A DNA stretch of 64,000 nt from the human T2T-CHM13v2.0 reference genome, Homo sapiens: assembly GCF_009914755.1 (NCBI RefSeq), contig NC_060937.1. One strand, 5' to 3'. Shown piece by piece: positions 14,030 to 30,000 of this stretch. Every line of letters starts with the position of its first letter. Position 1 is the stretch's first letter. A model generated the notes under the pieces. The model saw nothing but the letters and a program-made list of their open reading frames with translations. It had not been told where the DNA came from and searched no databases. A program made the position numbers and the translations under genes.

Positions 14030-17000
14030 AAAATATGAAAGTACATCAAATATATATTTTATTCTGTACATAAAATATCAAAGTACACCAGATATATATT
14101 CTATAGTGTACATAAAATATCAAAGTAACCAAACTATACATTATATACTGTACATAAAATATGAAATTACATCAAATATATTTTATATTAGGTACATAAA
14201 ATATGAAAGTACATCAAATATATATTTTATTCTGTACATAAAATATCAAAGTACACCAGATATATATTCTATAGTGTGCATAAAATATCAAAGAACCCAA
14301 ACTATACATTATATACTGTAAATAAAATATGAAATTACATCAAATATATTTTATATTAGGTACATAAAATATGAAAGTACATCAAATATAGATTATATAC
14401 TGTACATTAAATACCAAAGTACCCCAAATATATATTTTATACTGTACATGAAATATCAAATTTCACAAACTATATGTTATATACTGTACATAAAATATCA
14501 AAGTACCCGAGGTATATATTCTATACTGTACAAAAAATAACAAAGTACCAAAAGCATGTATAATATACTGTACATAAAATATGAAAGTACATCAAATAAA
14601 TATTTTATTCTGTACATAAAATGTCAAAGTACACCAGATATATATTCTATAGTGTACATAAAATATCAAAGTACCCAAACTATACATTATATAGTGTAAA
14701 TAAAATATGAAATTACATCAAATATGTTTTATATTAGGTACATAAAATATGAAAGTACATCAAATATAGAGTATATACTGTACATTAAATACCAAAGTAC
14801 CCCAAATATATATTTTATACTGTACATGAAATTTCAAATTTCACAAACTATATATTATATACTGTACATATAATATCAAAGTACCCAAGGTATATATTCT
14901 ATACTGTACAAAAAATAACAAAGTACCAAAAGCATGTATTATATACTGTACCTAAAATATGAAAGTACATCAAATATATATTTTATTCTGTACATAAAAT
15001 ATCAAAGTACACCAGATATATATTCTATAGTGTACATAAAATATCAAAGTACACAAACTATACATTATATACTGTAAATAAAATATGAAATTACATCAAA
15101 TATATTTTATATTAGGTACATAAAATATGAAAGTACATCAAATATATATTTTATTCTGTACATAAAATATCAAAGTACACCCGATATATATTCTATAGTG
15201 TACATAAAATATCAAAATACCCAAACTATACATTATATACTGTACATAAAATATGAAATTACATCAAATATATTTTATATTAGGTACATAAAATATGAAA
15301 GTACATCAAATATAGATTATATACTGTACATTAAATACCAAAGTACCCCAAATATATATTTTATACTGCACATGAAATATCAAAATACACAAACTATATA
15401 TTATATACTGTACATAAAATATCAAAGTACCCAAGGTATATATTCTATACTGTGCAAAAAATAACAAAGTACCAAAAGCATGTATAATATACTGTACATA
15501 AAATATGAAAGTACATCAAATATATATTTTATTCTGTACATAAAATATCAAAGTACACCAGATATATATTCTATAGTGTACATAAAATATCAAAGTACCC
15601 AAACTATACATTATATACTGTAAATAAAATATGAAATTACATCAAATATATTTTATATTAGGTACATAAAATATGAAAGTACATCAAATATAGATTATAT
15701 ACTGTACATTAAATACCAAAGTACCCCAAATATATATTTTATACTGTACATGAAATATCAAATTTCCCAAACTATATATTATATACTGTACATATAATAT
15801 CAAAGTACCCAAGGTATATATTCTATACTGTACAAAAAATAACAAAGTACCAAAAGCATGTATTATATACTGTACCTAAAATATGAAAGTACATCAAATA
15901 TATATTTTATTCTGTACATAAAATATCAAAGTACACCAGATATATATTCTATAGTGTACATAAAATATCAAAGTACCCAAACTATACATTATATACTGTA
16001 AATAAAATATGAAATTACATCAAATATATTTTATATTAGGTACATAAAATATGAAAGTACATCAAATATATATTTTATTCTGTACATAAAATATCAAAGT
16101 ACACCAGATATATATTCTATAGTGTACATAAAATATCAAAGTACCCAAACTATACATTATATACTGTACATAAAATATGAAATTACATCAAATATATTTT
16201 ATATTAGGTACATAAAATTTGAAAGTACATCAAATATAGATTATATACTGTACATTAAATACCAAAGTACCCCAAATATATATTTTATACTGTACATGAA
16301 ATATCAAATTACACAAACTATATATTATATACTGTACATAAAATATCAAAGTACCCAAGGTATATATTCTATACTGTACAAAAAATAACAAAGTACCAAA
16401 AGCATGTATAATATAATGTACATAAAATATGAAAGTACATCAAATATATATTTTATTCTGTACATAAAATATCAAAGTACACCAGATATATATTCTATAG
16501 TGTACATAAAATATCAAAGTACCCAAACTATACATTATATACTGTAAATAAAATATGAAATTACATCAAATATATTTTATATTAGGTACATAAAATATGA
16601 AAGTACATCAAATATAGATTATATACTGTACATTAAATACCAAACTACCCCAAATATATATTTTATACTGTACATGAAATATCAAATTTCCCAAACTATA
16701 TATTATATACTTTACATATAATATCTAAGTACCCAAGGTATATATTCTATACTGTACAAAAAATAACAAAGTACCAAAAGCATGTATTATATAGTGTACC
16801 TAAAATATGAAAGTACATCAAATATATATTTTATTCTGTACATAAAATATCAAAGTACACCAGATATATATTCTATAGTGTACATAAAATATCAAAGTAC
16901 CCAAACTATACATTATATACTGTAAATAAAATATGAAATTACATCAAATATATTTTATATTAGGTACATAAAATATGAAAGTACATCAAATATATATTTT

Positions 17001-17130
17001 ATTCTGTACATAAAATATCAAAGTACACCAGATATATATTCTATAGTGTACATAAAATATCAAAGTACCCAAACTATACATTATATACTGTAAATAAAAT
17101 ATGAAATTACATCAAATATATTTTATATTA
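14030..17130 (+). repeat. About 3.3 copies of a 924-bp unit (13-mer + 9-mer = 22 monomers)
   Basis: M4-to-M1 back-junctions (GGTACATAAAATATGAAAGTACATCAAATATATATTTTATTCTG) start at 14191, 15115, 16039 and 16963, exactly 924 apart. ORFs at 15198 and 16122 also differ by 924. Confidence 0.85.
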
Positions 17131-20100
17131 GGTACATAAAATATGGAAGTACATCAAATATAGATTATATACTGTACATTAAATACGAAAGTACCCCAAA
17201 TATATATTTTACACTGTACATGAAATATCAAAGTTCACAAACTATATATTATATACTGTACATAAATTATCAAAGTACCCAAGGTATATATTCTATACTG
17301 TACAAAAAATATCAAAGTACCCAAAGCATGTATTATATACTGTACATAAAATATGAAAGTACATCAAATATATATTTTATTCTGTACATAAAACATCAAA
17401 GTACACCAGATATATATTCTATAGTGTACATAAAATATCAAAGTACCCAAACTATACATTATATAGTGTACATAAAATATGAAATTATATCAAATATATA
17501 TTATATTAGGTACATAATATATGAAAGTACATCAAATATAGATTATATACTGTACATAAAATATCAAAGTACCCCAAATATATATTATATACTCTACATG
17601 AAATATCAAAGTTCACAAACTATATATTATATACTGTACAAAAATATCAAAGTACCCAAGGTATATATTCTATACTGTACAAAAAATATCAAATTACACA
17701 AAGCATATATTATATACTGTACATAAAATATGAAAGTACATCAAATATATATTTTATTCTGTACGTAAAACATCAAAGTACACCAGATATATATTCTATA
17801 GTGTACATAAAATATAAAAGTACCCAAACTATACATTATATACTGTACATAAAATATGAAATTATATCAAATATATATTATATTAGGTACATAAAATATG
17901 AAAGTACATCAAATATAGATTATATACTGTACATTAAATACCAAAGTACCCCAAATATATATTTTATACTGTACATGAAATATCAAAATACACAAACTAT
18001 ATATTATATACTGTACATAAAATATCAAAGTACCCAAGTTATATATTCGATACTGTACAAAAAATAACAAAGTAGCAAAAGCATGTATAATATACTGTAC
18101 ATAAAATATGAAAGTACATCAAATATATATTTTATTCTGTACATAAAATATCAAAGTACACCAGATATATATTCTATAGTGTACATAAAATATCAAAGTA
18201 CCCAAACTATACATTATATACTGTACATAAAATATGAAATTACATCAAATATATTTTATATTAGGTACATAAAATATGAAAGTACATCAAATATAGATTA
18301 TATACTGTACATTAAATACCAAAGTACCCCAAATATATATTTTATACTGTACATGAAATATCAAAATACACTATATATTATATACTGTACATAAAATATC
18401 AAAGTACCCAAGGTATATATTCTATACTGTACAAAAAATAACAAAGTACCAAAAGCATGTATAATATACTGTACATAAAATATGAAAGTACATCAAATAT
18501 ATATTTTATTCTGTACATAAAATATCAAAGTACACCAGATATATATTCTATAGTGTACATAAAATATCAAAGTACCCAAACTATACATTATATACTGTAA
18601 ATAAAATATGAAATTACATCAAATATATTTTATATTAGGTACATAAAATATGAAAGTACATCAAATATAGATTATATACTGTACAATAAATACCAAATTA
18701 CTCCAAATATATATTTTATACTGTACATGAAATATCAAATTTCACAAACTATATATTATATACTGTACATATAATATCAAAGTACCCAAGGTATATATTC
18801 TATACTGTACAAAAAATAACAAAGTACCAAAAGCATGTATTATATACTGTACCTAAAATATGAAAGTACATCAAATATATATTTTATTCTGTACATAAAA
18901 TATCAAAGTACACCAGATATATATTCTATAGTGTACATAAAATATCAAATTACCCAAACTATACATTATATACTGTACATAAAATATGAAATTACATCAA
19001 ATATATTTTATATTAGGTACATAAAATATGAAAGTACATCAAATATGGATTATATACTGTACATTAAATACCAAAGTACCCCAAATATATATTTTATACT
19101 GTACATGAAATATCAAAGTTCACAAACTATATATTATATACTGTACATAAAATATCAAAGTACCCAAGGTATATATTCTATACTGTACAAAAAATAACAA
19201 AGTACCAAAAGCATGTATTATATACTGTACCTAAAATATGCGGAGTACATCAAATACATATTTTATTCTGTACATAAAATAACAAAGTACACCAGATATA
19301 TATTCTATAGTGTACATAAAATATCAAAGTACCCAAACTATACATTATATACTGTACATAAAATATGAAATTACATCAAATATATATTATATTAGGTACA
19401 TAAAATATGAAAGTACATGAAATATAGATTATATACTGTACATAAAATATCAAGGTACCCCAAATATATATTATATACTCTACATGAAATATCAAAGTTC
19501 TCAAACTATATATTATATACTGTACATAAAATATCAAAGTACCCAAGGTATATATTCTATACTGTACAAAAAATAACAAAGTACCAAAACATGTATAATA
19601 TACTGTACATAAAATATGAAAGTACATCAAATATATATTTTATTCTGTACATAAAATATCAAAGTACACCAGACATATATTCTATAGTGTACATAAAATA
19701 ACAAAGTACAAAAACTATAAATTATATACTGTACATAAAATATGAAATTACATCAAATACATATTAGGTACATAAAATATGAAAGTACATCAAATATAGA
19801 TTATATACTGTACATAAAATATCAATGTACCCAAATATATATTTTATACTCTACATGAAATATCAAAGTTCACAAACCATATATTATATACTGTACATAA
19901 AATATCAAAGTACCCAAGGTATATATTCTATACTGTACAAAAAATATCAAAGTACCCAAAGCATGTATTATATACTGTACATAAAATATGAAAGTTCATC
20001 AAATATATATTTTATTCTGTACATAAAATATCAAAGTACACCAGATATATATTCTATAGTGTACATAAAATATCAAAGTACCAAAACTATACATTATATA

Positions 20101-23100
20101 CTGTACATAAAATATGAAATTACATCAAATATATATTAGGTACATAAAATATGAAAGTACATCAAATATAGATTATATACTGTACATAAAATATCAAAGT
20201 ACCCCAAATATATATTATATACTGTACATGAAATATCAAAGTACACAAACTATATATTATATACTGTACATAAAATATCAAAGTACCCAAGGTATATATT
20301 CTATACTGTACAAAAGATATCAAAGTACCCAAAGCATGTATTATATACTGTACATAAAATATGAAATTACATCAAATATATATTTTATTCTGTACATAAA
20401 ATATCAAAGTACACCAGATATATATTCTATAGTGTACATAAAATATCAAAGTACCCAAACTATTTATTATATACTGTACATAAAATATGAAATTACATCA
20501 AATATATATTATATTAGGTACATAAAATATGAAAGTACATCAAATATAGATTATATGCTGTACATTAAATACCAAAGTACCCCAAATATATATTTTATAC
20601 TGTATATGAAATATCAAAGTTCACAAACTATATATTATATACTGTACATAAAATATCAAAGTACCCAAGGTATATATTCTATACTGTACAAAAAATATCA
20701 AAGTACCCAAAGCACGTATTATATACTGTACATAAAATATGAAAGTACATCAAATACATATTTTATTCTGTACATAAAATATCAAAGTACACCAGATATA
20801 TATTCTATAGTGTACATAAAATACCAAAGTACCCAAACTATACATTATATACTGTACATAAAATATGAAATTACATCAAATATATATTATATTAGGTACA
20901 TAAAATATGAAAGTACATCAAATATAGATTATATACTGTACATTAAATACCAAAGTACCCCAAATATATATTTTATACTGTACATGAAATATCAAAGTTC
21001 ACAAACTATATATTATATACTGTACATAAAATATCAAAGTACCCAAGGTATATATTCTACACTGTACAAAAAATATCAAAGTACCCAAAGCATGTATTAT
21101 AAACTGTACATAAAATATGAAAGTACATCAAATATATATTTTATTCTGTACATAAAATATCAAAGTACACCAGATATATATTCTATAGTGTACATAAAAT
21201 ACCAAAGTACCCAAACTATACATTATATACTGTACATAAAATATGAAATTACATCAAATATATATTATATTAGGTACGTAAAATATGAAATTACATCAAA
21301 TATAGATTATATACTGTACGTAAAATATCAAAGTACCCCAAATATATATTATATACTCTACATGAAATATCAAAGTTCACAAACTATATATTATATACTG
21401 TACATAAAATATCAAAGTACCCAAGGTATATATTCTATACTGCACAAAAAATATCAAAGTACCCAAAGCATGTATTATATACTGTATATAAAATATGAAA
21501 GTACATCAAATATATATTTTATTCTCTACATAAAATATCAAAGTACACCAGATATATATTCTATAGTGTACATAAAATAACAAAGTACACAAACTATAAA
21601 TTATATACTGTACATAAAATACGAAATTACATCAAATATATATTAGGTACATAAAATATGAAAGTACATCAAATATAGATTATAAACTGTACATAAAATA
21701 TCAATGTACCCCAAATATATATTTTATACTCTACATGAAATATCAAAGTTCACAAACCATATATTATATACTGTACATAAAATATCAAAATACACAAGGT
21801 GTATATTCTATACTGTACAAAAAATATCAAAGTACCCAAAGCATGTATTATATACTGTACATAAAATATGAAAGTACATCAAATATATATTTTATTCTGT
21901 ACATAAAATATCAAAGTACACCAGATATATATTCTATAGTGTACATAAAATATCAAAGTACCCAAACTATACATTATATACTGTACATAAAATATGAAAT
22001 TACATCAAATATATATTATATTAAGTACATAAAATATGAAAGTACATCAAATATAGATTATATACTGTACATTAAATACCAAAGTACCCCAAATATATAT
22101 TTTATACTGTACATGAAATATCAAAGTTCACAAACTATATATTATATACTGTACATAAATTATCAAAGTACCCAAGATATATATTCTGTACTGTACAAAA
22201 AATAACAAAGTACCAAAAGCATGTATTATATACTGTACCTAAAATATGAAAGTACATCAAATATATATTTTATTCTGTACATAAAATATCAAAGTACACC
22301 AGATATATATTCTATAGTGTACATAAAATATCAAAGTAACCAAACTATACATTATATACTGTACATAAAATATGAAATTACATCAAATATATATTATATT
22401 AGGTACATAAAATATGAAAGTACATCAAATATAGATTATATACTCTACATAAAATATCAAAGTACCCCAAATATATATTATATACTCTACAGGAAATATC
22501 AAAGTTCACACACTATATATTTTATACTGTACATAAAATATCAAAGTACCCAAGGTATATATTCTATACTGTACAAAAAATATCAAAGTACCCAAAGCAC
22601 GTATTATATACTGTACATAAAATATGAAAGTACATCAAATATATATTTTATTCTGTACATAAAATATCAAAGTACACCAGATATATATTCTATAGTGTAC
22701 ATAAAATATCAAAGTACCCAAACTATACATTATATACTGTACATAAAATATGAGATTACATCAAATTTATATTAGGTACATAAAATATGAAAGTACATCA
22801 AATATAGGTTATATACTGTACATAAAATATCAAAGTACCCCAAATATATATTATATACTCTACATGAAATATCGAAGTTCACAAACTATATATTATATAC
22901 TGTACATAAAATATCAAAGTACCCAAGGTATATATTCTATACTGTACAAAAAATATCAAAGTACGCAAAGCATGTATTATATACTGTATATAAAATATGA
23001 AAGTACATTAAATATATATTTTATTCTGTACATAAAATATCAAAGTACACCAGATATATATTCTATAGTGTACATAAAATAACAAAGTACACAAACTATA

Positions 23101-24015
23101 AATTATATACTGTACATAAAATATGAAATTACATCAAATATATATTAGGTACATAAAAGATGAAAGTACATCAAATATATATTATATACTGTACATATAA
23201 TATCAATGTACCCCAAATATATATTTTATACTCTACATGAAATATCAAAGTTCACAACCATACATTATATACTGTACATAAAATATCAAAGTACCCAAGG
23301 TATATATTCTATACTGTACAAAAAATATCAAAGTACCCAAAGCATGTATTATATACTGTACATAAAATATGAAAGTACATCAAATATATATTTTATTCTG
23401 TACATATAATATCAAAGTACACCAGATATGTATTCTATAGTGTACATAAAATATCAAAGTACCCAAACTATACATTATATACTGTACATAAAATACGAAA
23501 TTACATCAAATATATATTAGGTACATAAGATATGAAAGTACATCAAATATAGATTATATACTGTACATAAAATATCAAAGTTCCCCAAATATATATTATA
23601 TACTGTATATGAAATATCAAAGTTCACAAACTATATATTATATACTGTACATAAAATATCAAAGTAACCAAGGTATATATTCTATACTGTACAAAAAATA
23701 TCAAAGTACCCAAAGCATGTATTATATACTGTACATAAAATATGAAAGTACATCAAATATATATTTTATTCTATACATAAAATATCAAAGTACACCAGAT
23801 ATATATTCTATAGTGTAGATAAAATATCAAAGTACCCAATCTATACATTATATACTGTACATAACATATGAAATTACATCAAATATATATTATATTAGGT
23901 ACATAAAGTATGAAAGTACATCAAATATAGGTTATATACTGTACATTAAATACCAAAGTACCCCAAATATATATTTTATACTGTACATGAAATATCAAAG
24001 TTCACAAACTATATA

Positions 24016-27000
24016 TTATATACTGTACATATAATACCAAAGTACCCAAGGTATATATTCTATACTGTACAAAAAATAACAAAGTACCAAAAGCATGTAT
24101 TATATACTGTACCTAAAATATGAAAGTACATCAAATATATATTTTATTCTGTACATAAAATATCAAAGTACACCAGATATATATTCTATAGTGTACATAA
24201 AATATCAAAGTACCCAAACTATACATTATATACTGTACATAAAATATGAAATTACATCAAATATATATTATATTAGGTACATAAAATATGAAAGTACATC
24301 AAATATAGATTATATACTCTACATAAAATATCAAAGTACCCCAAATATATATTAAATACTCTAAAGGAAATATCAAAGTTCACACACTATATATTATATA
24401 CTGTACATAAAATATCAAAGTACCCAAGGTATATATTCTATACTGTACAAAAAATATCAAAGTACCCAAAGCATGTATTATATACTGTATATAAAATATG
24501 AAAGTACATCAAATATATATTTTATACTGTACATAAAATATCAAAGTACACCAGATATATATTCTATAGTGTTCATAAAATATCAAAGTACCCAAACTAT
24601 ACATTATATACTGTACATAAAATATGAAATTACATCAAATATATATTAGGTACATAAAATATGAAAGTACATCAAATATAGATTATATACTGTACATAAA
24701 ATATCAAAGTACCCCAAATATATATTATATACTGTATATGAAATATCAAAGTTCACAAACTTTATATTATATACTGTACATAAAATATCAAAGTACCCAA
24801 GGTATATATTCTATACTGTACAAAAAATATGAAAGTACCCAATGCATGTATTATATACTGTACATAAAATATGAAAGTACATCAAATATATATTTTATTC
24901 TGTACATAAAATATCAAAGTACACCAGATATATATTCTATAGTGTACATAAAATATAAAACTACCCAAACTATACATTATATACTGTACATAATATATGA
25001 AATTACATCAAATATATATTATATTAGGTACATAAAATATGAAAGTACATCAAATATAGATTATATACTGTACATTAAATACCAAAGTACCCCAAATGTA
25101 TATTTTATACTGTACATGAAATATCAAAGTTCACAAACTATATATTATATACTGTACATAAAATATCAAAGTACCCAAGGTATATATTCTATACTGCACA
25201 AAAAATATCAAAGTACCCAAAGCATGTATTATATACTGTATATAAAATATGAAAGTACATCAAATATATATTTTATTCTGTACATAAAATATCAAAGTAC
25301 ACCAGATATATATTCTATAGTGTACATAAAATAACAAAGTACACAAACTATAAATTATATACTGTACATAAAATATGAAATTACATCAAATATATATTAG
25401 GTACATAAAATATGAAAGTACATCAAATATAGATTATATACTGTACATAAAATATCAACGTACCCCAAATATATATTTTATACTCTACATGAAATATCAA
25501 AGTTCACAAACCATATATTATATACTGTACATAAAATATCAAAGTACACAAGGTATATATTCTATACTGTACAAAAAATATCAAAGTACCCAAAGCATGT
25601 ATTATATACTGTACATAAAATATGAAAGTACATCAAATATATATTTTATTCTGTACATATAATATCAAAGTACACCAGATATATATTCTATAGTGTACAT
25701 AAAATATCAAAGTACCCAAACTATACATTATATACTGTACATAAAATATGAAATTACATCAAATATATATTATATTAGGTACATAAAATATGAAAGTACA
25801 TCAAATATAGATTATATACTGTACATAAAATATCAAAGTACCCCAAATATATATTATATACTGTATATGAAATATCAAAGTTCACAAACTATATATGATA
25901 TACTGTACATAAAATATCAAAGTACCCAAGGTATATATTCTATACTGTACAAAAAATATCAAAGTACCCAAAGCATGTATTATATACTGTACATAAAATA
26001 TGAAAGTACATCAAATATATATTTTATTCTGTACATAAAATATCAAAGTACACCAGATATATATTCTATAGTGTACATAAAATATCAAAGTAACCAAACT
26101 ATACATTATATACTGTACATAAAATATGAAATTACATCCAATATATTTTATATTAGGTACATAAAATATGAAAGTACATCAAATATATATTTTATTCTGT
26201 ACATAAAATATCAAAGTACACCAGATATATATTCTATAGTGTGCATAAAATATCAAAGTACCCAAACTATACATTATATACTGTAAATATAATATGAAAT
26301 TACATCAAATATATTTTATATTAGGTACATAAAATATGAAAGTACATCAAATATAGATTATATACTGTACATTAAATACCAAAGTACCCCAAATATATAT
26401 TTTATACTGTACATGAAATATCAAATTTCACAAACTATATGTTATATACTGTACATATAATACCAAAGTACCCAAGGTATATATTCTATACTGTACAAAA
26501 AATAACAAAGTACCAAAAGCATGTATTATATACTGTACCTAAAATATGAAAGTACATCAAATATATATTTTATTCTGTACATAAACTATCAAAGTACACC
26601 AGATATATATTCTATAGTGTACATAAAATATCAAAGTACCCAAACTATACATTATATACTGTACATAAAATATGAAATTACATCAAATATATATTATATT
26701 AGGTACATAAAATATGAAAGTACATCAAATATAGATTATATACTCTACATAAAATATCAAAGTACCCCAAATATATATTATATACTCTAAAGGAAATATC
26801 AAAGTTCACACACTATATATTATATACTGTACATAAAATATCAAAGTACCCAAGGTATATATTCTATACTGTACAAAAAATATCAAAGTACCCAAAGCAT
26901 GTATTATATACTGTATATAAAATATGAAAGTACATCAAATATATATTTTATACTGTACATAAAATATCAAAGTACACCAGATATATATTCTATAGTGTTC

Positions 27001-30000
27001 ATAAAATATCAAAGTACCCAAACTATACATTATATACTGTACATAAAATATGAAATTACATCAAATATATATTAGGTACATAAAATATGAAAGTACATCA
27101 AATATAGATTATATACTGTACATAAAATATCAAAGTACCCCAAATATATATTATATACTGTATATGAAATATCAAAGTTCACAAACTTTATATTATATAC
27201 TGTACATAAAATATCAAAGTACCCAAGGTATATATTCTATACTGTACAAAAAATATGAAAGTACCCAATGCATGTATTATATACTGTACATAAAATATGA
27301 AAGTACATCAAATATATATTTTATTCTGTACATAAAATATCAAAGTACACCAGATATATATTCTATAGTGTACATAAAATATAAAAGTACCCAAACTATA
27401 CATTATATACTGTACATAATATATGAAATTACATCAAATATATATTATATTAGGTACATAAAATATGAAAGTACATCAAATATAGATTATATACTGTACA
27501 TTAAATACCAAAGTACCCCAAATATATATTTTATACTGTACATGAAATATCAAAGTTCACAAACTATATATTATATACTGTACATAAAATATCAAAGTAC
27601 CCAAGGTATATATTCTATACTGCACAAAAAATATCAAAGTACCCAAAGCATGTATTATATACTGTATATAAAATATGAAAGTACATCAAATATATATTTT
27701 ATTCTGTACATAAAATATCAAAGTACACCAGATATATATTCTATAGTGTACATAAAATAACAAAGTACACAAACTATAAATTATATACTGTACATAAAAT
27801 ATGAAATTACATCAAATATATATTAGGTACATAAAATATGAAAGTACATCAAATATAGATTATATACTGTACATAAAATATCAATGTACCCCAAATATAT
27901 ATTTTATACTCTACATGAAATATCAAAGTTCACAAACCATATATTATATACTGTACATAAAATATCAAAGTACACAAGGTATATATTCTATACTGTACAA
28001 AAAATATCAAAGTACCCAAAGCATGTATTATATACTGTACATAAAATATGAAAGTACATCAAATATATATTTTTTTCTGTACATATAATATCAAAGTACA
28101 CCAGATATATATTCTATAGTGTACATAAAATATCAAAGTACCCAAACTATACATTATATACTGTACATAAAATATGAAATTACATCAAATATATATTATA
28201 TTAGGTACATAAAATATGAAAGTACATCAAATATAGATTATATACTGTACATAAAATATCAAAGTACCCCAAATATATATTATATACTGTATATGAAATA
28301 TCAAAGTTCACAAACTATATATGATATACTGTACATAAAATATCAAAGTACCCAAGGTATATATTCTATACTGTACAAAAAATATCAAAGTACCCAAAGC
28401 ATGTATTATATACTGTACATAAAATATGAAAGTACATCAAATATATATTTTATTCTGTACATAAAATATCAAAGTACACCAGATATATATTCTATAGTGT
28501 ACATAAAATATCAAAGTAACCAAACTATACATTATATACTGTACATAAAATATGAAATTACATCCAATATATTTTATATTAGGTACATAAAATATGAAAG
28601 TACATCAAATATATATTTTATTCTGTACATAAAATATCAAAGTACACCAGATATATATTCTATAGTGTGCATAAAATATCAAAGTACCCAAACTATACAT
28701 TATATACTGTAAATATAATATGAAATTACATCAAATATATTTTATATTAGGTACATAAAATATGAAAGTACATCAAATATAGATTATATACTGTACATTA
28801 AATACCAAAGTACCCCAAATATATATTTTATACTGTACATGAAATATAAAATTTCACAAACTATATGTTATATACTGTACATATAATACCAAAGTACCCA
28901 AGGTATATATTCTATACTGTACAAAAAATAACAAAGTACCAAAAGCATGTATTATATACTGTACCTAAAATATGAAAGTACATCAAATATATATTTTATT
29001 CTGTACATAAAATATCAAAGTACACCAGATATATATTCTATAGTGTACATAAAATATCAAAGTACCCAAACTATACATTATATACTGTACATAAAATATG
29101 AAATTACATCAAATATATATTATATTAGGTACATAAAATATGAAAGTACATCAAATATAGATTATATACTCTACATAAAATATCAAAGTACCCCAAATAT
29201 ATATTATATACTCTAAAGGAAATATCAAAGTTCACACACTATATATTATATACTGTACATAAAATATCAAAGTACCCAAGGTATATATTCTATACTGTAC
29301 AAAAAATATCAAAGTACCCAAAGCATGTATTATATACTGTATATAAAATATGAAAGTACATCAAATATATATTTTATACTGTACATAAAATATCAAAGTA
29401 CACCAGATATATATTCTATAGTGTTCATAAAATATCAAAGTACCCAAACTATACATTATATACTGTACATAAAATATGAAATTACATCAAATATATATTA
29501 GGTACATAAAATATGAAAGTACATCAAATATAGATTATATACTGTACATAAAATATCAAAGTACCCCAAATATATATTATATACTGTATATGAAATATCA
29601 AAGTTCACAAACTTTATATTATATACTGTACATAAAATATCAAAGTACCCAAGGTATATATTCTATACTGTACAAAAAATATGAAAGTACCCAATGCATG
29701 TATTATATACTGTACATAAAATATGAAAGTACATCAAATATATATTTTATTCTGTACATAAAATATCAAAGTACACCAGATATATATTCTATAGTGTACA
29801 TAAAATATAAAAGTACCCAAACTATACATTATATACTGTACATAATATATGAAATTACATCAAATATATATTATATTAGGTACATAAAATATGAAAGTAC
29901 ATCAAATATAGATTATATACTGTACATTAAATACCAAAGTACCCCAAATATATATTTTATACTGTACATGAAATATCAAAGTTCACAAACTATATATTAT

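Larger units (their letters stand above)
1879..19608 (+). repeat. Copy 1 of a 17,730-bp tandem duplication (nested super-HOR)
   Basis: ORF pairs and private variants recur at exactly +17,730 (2095/19825, 2384/20114, 6894/24624, 17220/34950, 19417/37147; AGACATATAT at 1941/19671). Identity breaks upstream at 1867 and 1878. Confidence 0.95.

Noticed and set aside
19237-19250. Unusual G-rich patch TATGCGGAGTAC (TATGAGGAGTAC at 36967)
   Set aside because: It is a 1-bp insertion plus substitutions within M1. It is useful as a marker distinguishing the two 17.7-kb copies but is too short to be a foreign insertion or element.
19376-19630. Short minus-strand ORFs (261, 19376, 37106, 38994, 50575, 52591, 60989 etc.)
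   Set aside because: These are antisense read-throughs of the same satellite where a variant removes a stop. They do not indicate an inversion or a gene.
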